A stretch of 64,000 bases of DNA, taken from contig JADFYH010000002.1 in the NCBI GenBank assembly GCA_015233135.1, positions 43,102-107,101 on the forward strand, given 5' to 3'. Position 1 is the first letter of the stretch; each line of letters begins with the position of its first letter. Below are positions 20,682 to 28,598 of this stretch, one piece after another. The translations under genes were made by a program, and so were the position numbers. The stretch comes from Deltaproteobacteria bacterium (GTDB lineage: Bacteria; UBA10199; JADFYH01). The notes under the pieces are model-generated. The model saw only the letters and a program-made list of their open reading frames with translations, was not told where the DNA came from and made no database searches.

Positions 20682-22457
20682 ATGATTTCATTAGCCAACC
20701 GAGACGGAAGCCAAAACCTCTACAACGATTTAAGTTCAGGCGAGGCCATTCAAGAATTGAAAGACAAACACGACTTTTCAACCAAGATGCTGCATCCTCT
20801 GATTAGTGGAGAAGAAATGATGCAGACTATCTTTAAGGGGATTAGCGATTCCGACAACCATGCCGCTAGCAGCGAATACATCGACCTTAAAAAGTTTACG
20901 ACAGACAACAACTACAGAATGACCCCCGAAGCTAGAAACGAATTCAACATTTATGAACGTTATGTACGGAATGCTCAATCTCAGGGCAGAACAGGACTCA
21001 ATCCCTTTGAAATGAAAGGCATGTACATGGAGATGAAAAATGCAAATGTGAATTTCACAACTCCAGCTTCTTTTGATAGCCCTGCTTTCAACCAGATTGC
21101 AGGAAGCACACTCCCTCAATACAACGTCATCGGCATGAATACTCCCATTGTTCCCAGTAATAATGGTTATGTGCCTTCTTTTCCTGGAACAAATTTTGTG
21201 GGACAAACTCCCAGCTGGGCTCCCACGGCAGGAATCGCTGCCAATGAAACGGCCAAGGTATGGGGTGACCCTCATTTTGTAGATCCCGATGGTGGACACT
21301 TTGATGTTCAGGGTGAAGCCGGAAAAACCTACAACATGCTGGACGATAACAATTTGAATTTTAATGCCCGTTTTGATGATGCCGGCAAGGGCACAACGGT
21401 GATTGGACAAACAGGGATTACCTTGCAAGGCTGGCGTGGCACTTCCCAGATTCAATTTTCAAAAGAAGGAACAGCTTCGATCAATGGGCAAATCCTCCAA
21501 CCCGGTGCTATGGAAACTCTGGCAGATGGAGGTCATGCCCTTCTCTCTGAAGATGGAAAAACACTCACCCTCAAAACAGGTGAAGGCTATACCATCACCC
21601 AACGTTTAGTGGATGGACGCATTGATGCTGACGTTAAAAGTCCTGCTGAAGGCATAGACACAGATGGCCGTATGCCTGGAGGTTTACTAGGTCAAACTTT
21701 TGATGCGGATAATGTGGCCCGTAATTCCAGTGGGCATCAAGGAGAAGGAGCTATCGCGGGAACAGTCGGTGACTACGAAGTTCCAGGAGGGGTATTTGGA
21801 TTTGCAAATTCAAACAACATTGCCAGCTATCCTAATCTGGTCAATCCTTACCCCCCCACCTATTCGAATTTTCCTGTGGCAAGCGCTCAAGCGCCTATGA
21901 GCATACCCACTTATACCCCTGCCTTCACAGCCTCTTCTTTGGCCTCTGTGATTCCCCAAGTTATGCCTCAAGCCATCCCTCAAAGCGATCAAAGTCTGGA
22001 TTTTATGCTTTCTCAAACTCAACGCGGTGAACAACAGGCAAGCCTCAACGACAGCAATAGTCAGACAGATAAAATCTTGCAGCAGCTTCTGGTCGCACTG
22101 AAAACTGGAAACATCGATGTAGCAATGCTGCTTTTCTCCGACTTAGAAAGCAAACAATCCACTCAAATGACCGGCATGCTCACTCAACAATTAGTGCAAC
22201 TCCAACAATCACGTAAACAAATGATGATGCAAATGAATCAGAATCAAAACCAGACAGCAGGTCAAAATGGAGTAAATCCACAATCTAACACCGCAGCACT
22301 TCAAGCAAATGTTCAAGAAGTAAATGACAGTATTCAAATGTTGACCAGCTTTATTAAAGATATCAGCGAACAGAAAAATCGTGTGGCAGAATTTGCAAAC
22401 AACTATCTTTCCACTGAACATCAGACCAGCATGGACATCGTTCGGGGAATGAGATAA
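20682..22457 (+). CDS. Protein with a VWD-like domain (GDPH motif) and a Q/N-rich low-complexity C-terminus. Start taken at MISLANRDG, which has a good SD.
   Basis: WGDPHFVDPDGGHFDVQGEAGKTYNML matches the VWD N-terminal signature GDPHYxTFDGxxYxFxGxCxYxL. The C-terminal GGLLGQTFDADNV matches the VWD GLCGNFNGxxxDDF signature. SD aaaaaggagcctaaaATG. Confidence 0.7.
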   Translation: MISLANRDGSQNLYNDLSSGEAIQELKDKHDFSTKMLHPLISGEEMMQTIFKGISDSDNHAASSEYIDLKKFTTDNNYRMTPEARNEFNIYERYVRNAQSQGRTGLNPFEMKGMYMEMKNANVNFTTPASFDSPAFNQIAGSTLPQYNVIGMNTPIVPSNNGYVPSFPGTNFVGQTPSWAPTAGIAANETAKVWGDPHFVDPDGGHFDVQGEAGKTYNMLDDNNLNFNARFDDAGKGTTVIGQTGITLQGWRGTSQIQFSKEGTASINGQILQPGAMETLADGGHALLSEDGKTLTLKTGEGYTITQRLVDGRIDADVKSPAEGIDTDGRMPGGLLGQTFDADNVARNSSGHQGEGAIAGTVGDYEVPGGVFGFANSNNIASYPNLVNPYPPTYSNFPVASAQAPMSIPTYTPAFTASSLASVIPQVMPQAIPQSDQSLDFMLSQTQRGEQQASLNDSNSQTDKILQQLLVALKTGNIDVAMLLFSDLESKQSTQMTGMLTQQLVQLQQSRKQMMMQMNQNQNQTAGQNGVNPQSNTAALQANVQEVNDSIQMLTSFIKDISEQKNRVAEFANNYLSTEHQTSMDIVRGMR

Positions 22458-22480
22458 CATAAGAGGAGATATAAAAAAAG

Positions 22481-22519
22481 AAGGCCTTCCGCTCTCGAAC
22501 TCGGAAGGCCTTCTTTTTT
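22481..22519 (+). terminator. Rho-independent terminator.
   Basis: gaaggccttccgctctcgaactcggaaggccttc stem-loop followed by an 8-nt T-run. Confidence 0.7.
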
Positions 22520-22597
22520 TTGGAGAAGAAAACTAGTTTTGACAAGCATCACTTCTTTTTGCTACAAACTCAAACCGCATTCAACCTAGGAGAAAAT

Positions 22598-22810
22598 ATG
22601 GCTCGCGTAACCGTAGAAGACTGTTTAGAAAATGTTGATAACCGTTTTGGTTTAGTTCACCTGACCGCCCGTCGCGTCAGACAAATTGTAAAAGGCTCCG
22701 AAGTTCTCGTTGACTGTGACAACAAAGATATCGTCACGGCCTTACGCGAAATAGCGGAAGGATATGTACGAGTAGACTCGGACACCCTTCCTCAAAACAT
22801 CGACGAATAG
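22598..22810 (+). CDS. rpoZ: DNA-directed RNA polymerase subunit omega.
   Basis: [30 protein letters not shown] is the canonical RpoZ N-terminus. SD ggagaaaatATG. Confidence 0.85.
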   Translation: MARVTVEDCLENVDNRFGLVHLTARRVRQIVKGSEVLVDCDNKDIVTALREIAEGYVRVDSDTLPQNIDE

Positions 22811-22812
22811 AC

Positions 22813-23028
22813 CTAGTCCGTAAGGGTGTTGGTATGGGAAGTCAGCCAATTTTCTAAATACTGCTGCTGAATCCTCCATTGCCCACCCACCTTAAAAGCA
22901 GGAAGATTTTTGCTTTTGATCAACCTATAGATGGTCATCTCATGCAAACTTAGCCTATTGGCCACTTCCTTAATGCTTAGGAACTCTTTCCGACTTTGGT
23001 CCACTACAAAATCCGCCATCTTATCCAT
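22813..23028 (-). CDS. Excisionase-family / AlpA-like helix-turn-helix DNA-binding protein.
   Basis: LSIKEVANRLSLHEMTIYRLIKSKNLPAFKVGGQWRI is the HTH_17 / excisionase-type motif. Small (about 72 aa). Confidence 0.55.
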   Translation of the reverse strand: MDKMADFVVDQSRKEFLSIKEVANRLSLHEMTIYRLIKSKNLPAFKVGGQWRIQQQYLENWLTSHTNTLTD

Positions 23029-23470
23029 AAAGAACCTCCCTTGTGTACCCTGTTTATGAAGCAAGAGATATACCAATTTTAGCCATTTTTGCGTTTTCTA
23101 CTAAAATCAATATATTTTAAATAGTTACACATCTTAATCGGACTGTACTTTCCAAACATTTTTTGAATAAAAGGCATTTTTTACCCACATTGCTGACATT
23201 TTTTTGACTCGAGCCCACTTCCCTGGACAAACAAGACTATTCTCTCCCGGCCCCTCTGAAGAGGGGTGATTATTTTTTACCTCCCCTCTTTTTGACAGGG
23301 AAGAAAATGCGAGAGCATTTTCGGGAGTTCACATTATTCAACGCATTCCATTTTTCCTACACTCGTTCGATTCCCATACGCTCCATTTTTTCACAAATTC
23401 AATAACCCCTCATTTTTCATCAACTCTTTCTTTTCAGCAAACAAGCACAGTTCCTGCTTTGTAACTAAGC

Positions 23471-24475
23471 ATGGAAACTCAACTCTCTTTTAAAGACCGT
23501 GCCAAGCAAGCCTTCTATTTTTATGCCGGGATAGGGCAAGGAGTTGTAGACACCGCCAAAGGCCTAGCCAAGCTCTCTCTGCTCCCCGCCACACAAGGCT
23601 TGGATGCCTTGGGAAAAGCGGCCGATTTTATTTCTCATCCTCAAGAAAAAGCAGAAGCCGCTTATCAGGAAGCAAAGCAGGGGTACAAGGATCTGCAAAG
23701 GCTTTGGAGTCAGCCCAAAGAAGAGATTTCAAAAGGGACAGAAAAACTGGGCAACGCTGTTCAGCACGAGTGGAACGAATTCACAAAGCCTTTTGAAAGT
23801 AGTGACCCCAATGTGAGGGCCAAGGCTTGGGGCGAGACAACTTTTAACGTTGCGTCCTTATTTTATGGTGCGGGGGAATTGAAAGGTGCAAGCGTTGCCA
23901 CAAAAGAACTTTCTGTCTTTAGCAAGGCAGAAATTGCGGAATCGAAAATTGTTTCTCAATTAGCAGAAACGGGCGCTGAGATCGCCTCACCTTCTTCAGC
24001 TGCAAGCAGCACCTTACAAGCTTCAGTTCAGTTGTATGAAAGAATTCCAGCGGGTTTTAACAACAGCAAAGAATTTGAAGAATTTGGAAATCTTTTTAGA
24101 GAAGGCCTCCAAAAAAGTGCTGACCCTGAAGCAATTGGAGTGTTAAGAGGGAGTTCGGTCACTGGGGTGAAACATAAAAATGGTTTACCCTTTGATACGG
24201 GAAAGAGGAGTGATTTGGATTTGACGGTGGTGAGTCCGAAGTTGCTCAAAAGGGCTGAGGAAATGGGAGTGAAATTGAGGGAGGGGAAAACTAGGACTGG
24301 GCCTTTGGATCCAGATTTTTTTAGACAAAAACAAATTCTAAAAAAATTAAACCTATTTGACAGCATTCAATCATTGCGAAGCTTTTCTAATAGAGATGTA
24401 AGCCTTATGATATACGACAGTGAAGCTTCCGTTGCAGGCAGAGGCGAGTATATAAAATTTGGAGATAAGAAATGA
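23471..24475 (+). CDS. Putative polymorphic-toxin-like protein: N-terminal pre-toxin (PT-TG-like) Gly-rich region plus a C-terminal nucleotidyltransferase-fold motif.
   Basis: N-terminus AGIGQGVVDTAKGLAKLSLLPATQGLDALGKAADF. C-terminus LRGSSVTGVKHKNGLPFDTGKRSDLDLTVV fits the GS...DxD minimal NTase signature. Overlaps the downstream small ORF by 4 nt (ATGA). Confidence 0.45.
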   Translation: METQLSFKDRAKQAFYFYAGIGQGVVDTAKGLAKLSLLPATQGLDALGKAADFISHPQEKAEAAYQEAKQGYKDLQRLWSQPKEEISKGTEKLGNAVQHEWNEFTKPFESSDPNVRAKAWGETTFNVASLFYGAGELKGASVATKELSVFSKAEIAESKIVSQLAETGAEIASPSSAASSTLQASVQLYERIPAGFNNSKEFEEFGNLFREGLQKSADPEAIGVLRGSSVTGVKHKNGLPFDTGKRSDLDLTVVSPKLLKRAEEMGVKLREGKTRTGPLDPDFFRQKQILKKLNLFDSIQSLRSFSNRDVSLMIYDSEASVAGRGEYIKFGDKK

Positions 24476-24795
24476 AAAATTCTCTGGTCTACGGTCACAA
24501 CTCGAAAGATCAAGTTGAAGTAAAACAAATGCTAGAGCCCATTTTAGACCTTCAATTTGCGGAACACGAAACAGCGGATGAACAACCTTATTACTTTGCT
24601 GGTCAAATTTCGGGAGAGAGATTTTGCATTTATCTTAATTATAATGACTCTGATAATTACTGGAACTATCCCGAACATCAACAATATAAAATACTGTTAT
24701 TAATTAATGAAACTACTCGAGCAGTACCCCTCCAAAAAATGCTCGCCGAAAAAATCCCTGAGCTCGTTTTGTTGGAAGTTTATGAAGAGTGTTGA
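24472..24795 (+). CDS. Small acidic hypothetical protein, candidate cognate immunity protein.
   Basis: 107 aa. Start overlaps the toxin stop. No homology recognised. Confidence 0.4.
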   Translation: MKNSLVYGHNSKDQVEVKQMLEPILDLQFAEHETADEQPYYFAGQISGERFCIYLNYNDSDNYWNYPEHQQYKILLLINETTRAVPLQKMLAEKIPELVLLEVYEEC

Positions 24796-24946
24796 ATATT
24801 TCATCCTCGATTTTTACGCTCCCTCTCTTCGCTTGGGGATTGAATTGGAAAATATAGCACTCCGTCCCCGGGTGGACGAAGCTATCTTCAAACAAAAATA
24901 AAATCTAACTTATTGATTTTTAACGAGATATATACAGATTGAATTA

Positions 24947-24981
24947 GGGAACCGCTGCCCTATCCCCTGAGCTACGGAGGC
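24947..24981 (-). pseudogene. tRNA 5'-half fragment (acceptor plus D-arm like, GCCTCCGTAGCTCAGGGGATAGGGCA), no intact cloverleaf.
   Basis: Read on the minus strand. Matches the canonical tRNA 5' end (GCxxCCGTAGCTCAG..GGATAGAGC) but lacks anticodon and T arms. Confidence 0.3.
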
Positions 24982-24989
24982 GAAAATAA

Positions 24990-25508
24990 TTAGGCGTACT
25001 GCAGGAGAGAAAAAATTTCTTTTCCTTTCAAATTATCCCTTCCCTTTAAAAAGCCCAACTCAATGACAAAGGCCACCTCTAAAAGCTTGCCCCCCATTTT
25101 TTGAATGAGCTCGCAAGACGCATTGGCGGTGCCCCCTGTGGCGAGCACGTCATCCATTAACAATACCTGGTCACCAGGTAAAATCGAATCTTTATGAATT
25201 TCAATATGATCTTTTCCATATTCTAAAGAATAGCCTTGCTTGATGGTTTCTGCCGGAAGTTTTCCATTTTTGCGGATGAGCACCACGCCGGTGTTCAGGG
25301 CATAGGCCAAAGCCGAGGCGAAGATGAATCCTCGAGACTCCACACCCACAATCGCCTTCAGTTTTTGATTTTTATAGCGCTCTACAAAAGAATCAATCAC
25401 TTGCTTGAAGGCCTCTGCATTTGCCAGCAGCGGGGTGATATCTTTAAAGAGGATCCCTGGTTTTGGGAAGTTAGGAACGTCGCGAATAATTTTCTTTAAA
25501 TCGATCAT
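24990..25508 (-). CDS. apt: Adenine phosphoribosyltransferase.
   Basis: MIDLKKIIRDVPNFPKPGILFKDITPLL...VLLMDDVLATGGTA PRTase motif. The ORF-track N-terminal extension was rejected. Confidence 0.9.
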   Translation of the reverse strand: MIDLKKIIRDVPNFPKPGILFKDITPLLANAEAFKQVIDSFVERYKNQKLKAIVGVESRGFIFASALAYALNTGVVLIRKNGKLPAETIKQGYSLEYGKDHIEIHKDSILPGDQVLLMDDVLATGGTANASCELIQKMGGKLLEVAFVIELGFLKGRDNLKGKEIFSLLQYA

Positions 25509-25594
25509 GGGGGGCATCCTTTCTGTGGGATTAGGAGAGCTTCTCCTAGCTGAAGCCAATAATTTCGCAAGACAAAAAACTTTTGCGCCTCATT

Positions 25595-26212
25595 TCAGCG
25601 ATCCGGCAAAAAATCGAGGGGGTCCATAGGCGTGGATTCATAACGAATTTCAAAATGAAGATGAAAACCCGTGGCATGGCCCGTCTTTCCTACTTCGCCT
25701 ATCACCTGGGCTTGTTTTACCTGATCGCCTTCCTTGACTTTCATTTTTGAGCAATGGGCGTACGCAGTAAAATAATTATTGGGATGTTTGATTAAAATCA
25801 GATTCCCATAGCCCTGAAATACAGCAGCAAACACCACCTCTCCCGCAGCCGCGGCTTTAAAGGGAGTGCCTTCCGGTGAACGAATATCAATGCCATCGTG
25901 CATATGACCACTACGATTTCCAAAGGGAGAACTCACTTCCGCTTCCAAAGGCCAAATGAAATATCCGGACAAGACCTTGCCTTTTTTACCTTTACGATTG
26001 GGAGCAGCTATTTTAGCTTTGTCTGCTTTTTTACCGGAACTTTTTTTGGAGTAACCTGCATTTTTTTTGAAGATGCTGGCAAAGTCGGAGCAGGCGCTCA
26101 GAGTGAGGCTAAAAAAGAGGAGGAGGATAAAAGATTTGATTAGAGGGTGTTTCTGCAGAAATACCTCGAAAATTAATAAGCAAAATTTCCCACCATTTTT
26201 ACAAATCGACAT
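25595..26212 (-). CDS. nlpD: M23 family peptidase lipoprotein (NlpD-like).
   Basis: Lipobox LTLSAC. M23 motifs HMHDGIDI and GHATGFHLHFE. Classic surE-pcm-nlpD arrangement. Confidence 0.8.
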   Translation of the reverse strand: MSICKNGGKFCLLIFEVFLQKHPLIKSFILLLFFSLTLSACSDFASIFKKNAGYSKKSSGKKADKAKIAAPNRKGKKGKVLSGYFIWPLEAEVSSPFGNRSGHMHDGIDIRSPEGTPFKAAAAGEVVFAAVFQGYGNLILIKHPNNYFTAYAHCSKMKVKEGDQVKQAQVIGEVGKTGHATGFHLHFEIRYESTPMDPLDFLPDR

Positions 26213-26868
26213 TCTTCGATCATCTGTTTTTTTAAGTGCCCCTTTTCTTTTTTGATATAAACCAAAAATTGTTTCCCCTGGTGGGCAATCGGCATCACCA
26301 GACGTCCTCCTTCGCAAAGTTGCTGTACTAAAGGCTCAGGGACTTCGGGAGAAACTGCCGCTGCGACAATCGCAGCAAAAGGGCCTTTTTCAGGCCAACC
26401 CAAAGAGCCATCTCCTAATTTTAAAATAATATTTTGCAGGCCCAGTTCTTTGAGATGCTTGCGGGCCTTGAGTAACAAGGGGCTTAAGCGTTCTATCGAA
26501 TAGATTTGATCGGCGAGTTGGGAGAGGACTGCACTTTGATAACCACAGCCGGTGCCTATCTCTAAAATCTTCTCATTGCCCTGGAGTTCCAGGGCTTGGG
26601 CCAGCAAAGCCACGGTATAAGGTTGAGAGATGGTTTGTCCCCATCCGATATTCAGGGGGGAATCGCTATAAGCCTGGCTCACCAGGGCTTCTTCCACAAA
26701 GCGATGTCTGGGAATTTTTGCCATCACTTCTAACACTCGTTCATTGTGGATATTTCGGGATATTAATTGTTCTTCCAGCATCTTACGGCGAGCAACCGCA
26801 TATTCGTGACTAAAGGAATGAAGGGAGTGCCTAGATTTTCCAGTTTTTAAATTCTTTAATAGCCGCAT
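26173..26868 (-). CDS. pcm: Protein-L-isoaspartate O-methyltransferase.
   Basis: ILEIGTGCGYQSAVL SAM motif. 231 aa. Sits between surE and nlpD. Confidence 0.9.
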   Translation of the reverse strand: MRLLKNLKTGKSRHSLHSFSHEYAVARRKMLEEQLISRNIHNERVLEVMAKIPRHRFVEEALVSQAYSDSPLNIGWGQTISQPYTVALLAQALELQGNEKILEIGTGCGYQSAVLSQLADQIYSIERLSPLLLKARKHLKELGLQNIILKLGDGSLGWPEKGPFAAIVAAAVSPEVPEPLVQQLCEGGRLVMPIAHQGKQFLVYIKKEKGHLKKQMIEECRFVKMVGNFAY

Positions 26869-27571
26869 GATCGGTCATGTCGATCTGGAGTGGAGTAATT
26901 GTAATTTTATTTTCGTGAATTGCATTGCAATCAGATCCTGGAATATTCACGAAACCACTTTGATCGCCCCCCACCCAATAATAGGGCCTACCCCGTGGAT
27001 CCAGCTTTTCAATGAGTGCTTCTCCGTAATTTCTCTTCCCCAGTTTTACCCATTCAAAACCGTTTATTTCTTTTTCATGAACATTGGGGACATTCACATT
27101 GAGCACCATTCCCCGAGGCAAACCCTCTTTTAAGACTTTTTTGGCCAACTTTACCGCAAAACGGGCGGCAGGGTTAAAGAGAAAACGCTTCCCAAATATT
27201 TGCGATATAGCGATCGCAGGCACGCCCATCAAACAGGCTTCAACCGCGGCAGAAACCGTACCTGAATAATGAACATCATCCGCCATGTTTGCCCCCTTGT
27301 TAATTCCTGAGACCACAAGATCGGGTTTCTTTTTCAAGAGAACATTGATTCCCAAATTGACACTATCGGTAGGAGTTCCGTCAACCGCATAAACCTGTGG
27401 AGAAATTTTTTGAATACGCAGAGGCCTATGAATGGTCAAAGAATGGGAGGCCGCACTGCGTTCACGATCGGGTGCAACGATCCAGACTTCGCCTATTTGC
27501 TTCAGCGCTTTGGCCAAGGCGCGAATCCCTGGGGAATAAACCCCATCATCGTTGGAGACTAAAATAAGCAT
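26831..27571 (-). CDS. surE: 5'/3'-nucleotidase SurE. Start taken at MLILVSNDDG.
   Basis: VSNDDGVYSPGIRAL N-terminal motif. The ORF-track start at 27652 would run into the tRNA-Pro fragment copy, so the internal Met was used. Confidence 0.85.
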   Translation of the reverse strand: MLILVSNDDGVYSPGIRALAKALKQIGEVWIVAPDRERSAASHSLTIHRPLRIQKISPQVYAVDGTPTDSVNLGINVLLKKKPDLVVSGINKGANMADDVHYSGTVSAAVEACLMGVPAIAISQIFGKRFLFNPAARFAVKLAKKVLKEGLPRGMVLNVNVPNVHEKEINGFEWVKLGKRNYGEALIEKLDPRGRPYYWVGGDQSGFVNIPGSDCNAIHENKITITPLQIDMTDHAAIKEFKNWKI

Positions 27572-27612
27572 AACAAAAAAGGGAATAGGTTCAAAACCTA
27601 CTCCCAACAAAT

Positions 27613-27643
27613 TAATCGGGGCGACTGGATTTGAACCAGCGAC
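27613..27643 (-). repeat. 31-bp direct repeat duplicating the 3' end (T-arm plus acceptor) of tRNA-Pro. Truncated tRNA copy or att-like scar.
   Basis: taatcggggcgactggatttgaaccagcgac is identical at 27613-27643 and 27726-27756. The upstream part cannot form D and anticodon arms. Confidence 0.6.
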
Positions 27644-27728
27644 GGTTTTCACAGGGGCTCGCGTCGCCCCTCACTCGGCAAAGCCTCGTGAGCCTCCCCT
27701 CTCGCTCACCTTGTTCGCTATTTACTAA

Positions 27729-27804
<76 letters not shown>

Positions 27805-27807
27805 AAA

Positions 27808-28191
27808 CTACTGTATCATCTCCAGCATCTGATTTAACTCTGTCTTGAGCTTTACAAAGAAATCCTTGTTTTCAGGGGCAGCAAAAAGAGGCATTTGCTT
27901 TGCTTCTTCTTCAGGAACCACCATCCCTCGCTCAATGTCTTTCAAACGCTTTCTCGCTCCACTGATGGTAAACTTTTCTTTGTAGAGCAACTCTTTTATC
28001 TTAAAAACAGTTTCCACCTCTTTGCGCTTGTATAAACGCTGATTCGTCTGACTCTTCCCTGGCCTGATTTCCGGAAACTCAGTCTCCCAATAGCGAAGGA
28101 CATAAGGCTTAACACCTACCAGTTTTGCCACTTCACCAATCTTGAAATAGAGTTTATCGGGAATTTGAACTTGAGTATTTTCAATCACCAT
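27808..28191 (-). CDS. MerR-family transcriptional regulator.
   Basis: N-terminal [28 protein letters not shown]. 127 aa. Conserved position after ihfA. Confidence 0.8.
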   Translation of the reverse strand: MVIENTQVQIPDKLYFKIGEVAKLVGVKPYVLRYWETEFPEIRPGKSQTNQRLYKRKEVETVFKIKELLYKEKFTISGARKRLKDIERGMVVPEEEAKQMPLFAAPENKDFFVKLKTELNQMLEMIQ

Positions 28192-28287
28192 AGAGGACTA
28201 GTTGCTAATTACCAGTTCCCAGTTATCAGTGGCTAAGCGCTCCCACCAAGCTCCACACACTAATAACTAATAACTGCTCACTAGTAA

Positions 28288-28563
28288 CTACTTGTTGAGT
28301 GCTGCTTTCAGCACCTGGCTAGGGCGGAAAGTCAATACCTTCCTTGCCGAAATTTCTATTTCTTCACCCGTCTGAGGATTTCTACCTACCCTCGGACGTT
28401 TTGCTCTCACCACAAAATTTCCAAAACCAGAAATTTTAATTTTCTCACCCTTTTCCAAAGTTTCTTTCATCCCATCAAAGACCAACTCCACGATATCCGC
28501 AGATTCTTTTTTTGAAAATCCTATTTTCTCATAAATGGCTTCTACGATATCGGCTTTGGTCAT
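28288..28563 (-). CDS. ihfA: Integration host factor subunit alpha (HU/IHF family).
   Basis: MTKADIVEAIYEKIGFSKKESADIVE...GFGNFVVRAKRPRVGRNPQTGEEI. Position after pheT. Confidence 0.85.
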   Translation of the reverse strand: MTKADIVEAIYEKIGFSKKESADIVELVFDGMKETLEKGEKIKISGFGNFVVRAKRPRVGRNPQTGEEIEISARKVLTFRPSQVLKAALNK

Positions 28564-28598
28564 GGTCCCTTCGGGGACTCTTTCTTCTTGTTCCATAA

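Noticed and set aside
23252-23280. Hairpin cccctctgaagagggg plus T-run in the divergent region between the excisionase-like and toxin-like genes as a terminator.
   Set aside because: No upstream convergent gene ends here. More likely a REP-family hairpin or operator.
27613-27700. tmRNA or second tRNA at the tRNA-Pro fragment.
   Set aside because: Only about 55 nt can be folded (acceptor plus T-arm plus one hairpin). There is no D or anticodon arm and no room for tmRNA pseudoknots or a tag ORF.
28296-28316. Stem-loop gtgctg-ctttc-cagcac near ihfA, considered as a terminator.
   Set aside because: Lies inside the ihfA C-terminal coding sequence (LKAALNK), not downstream of it.
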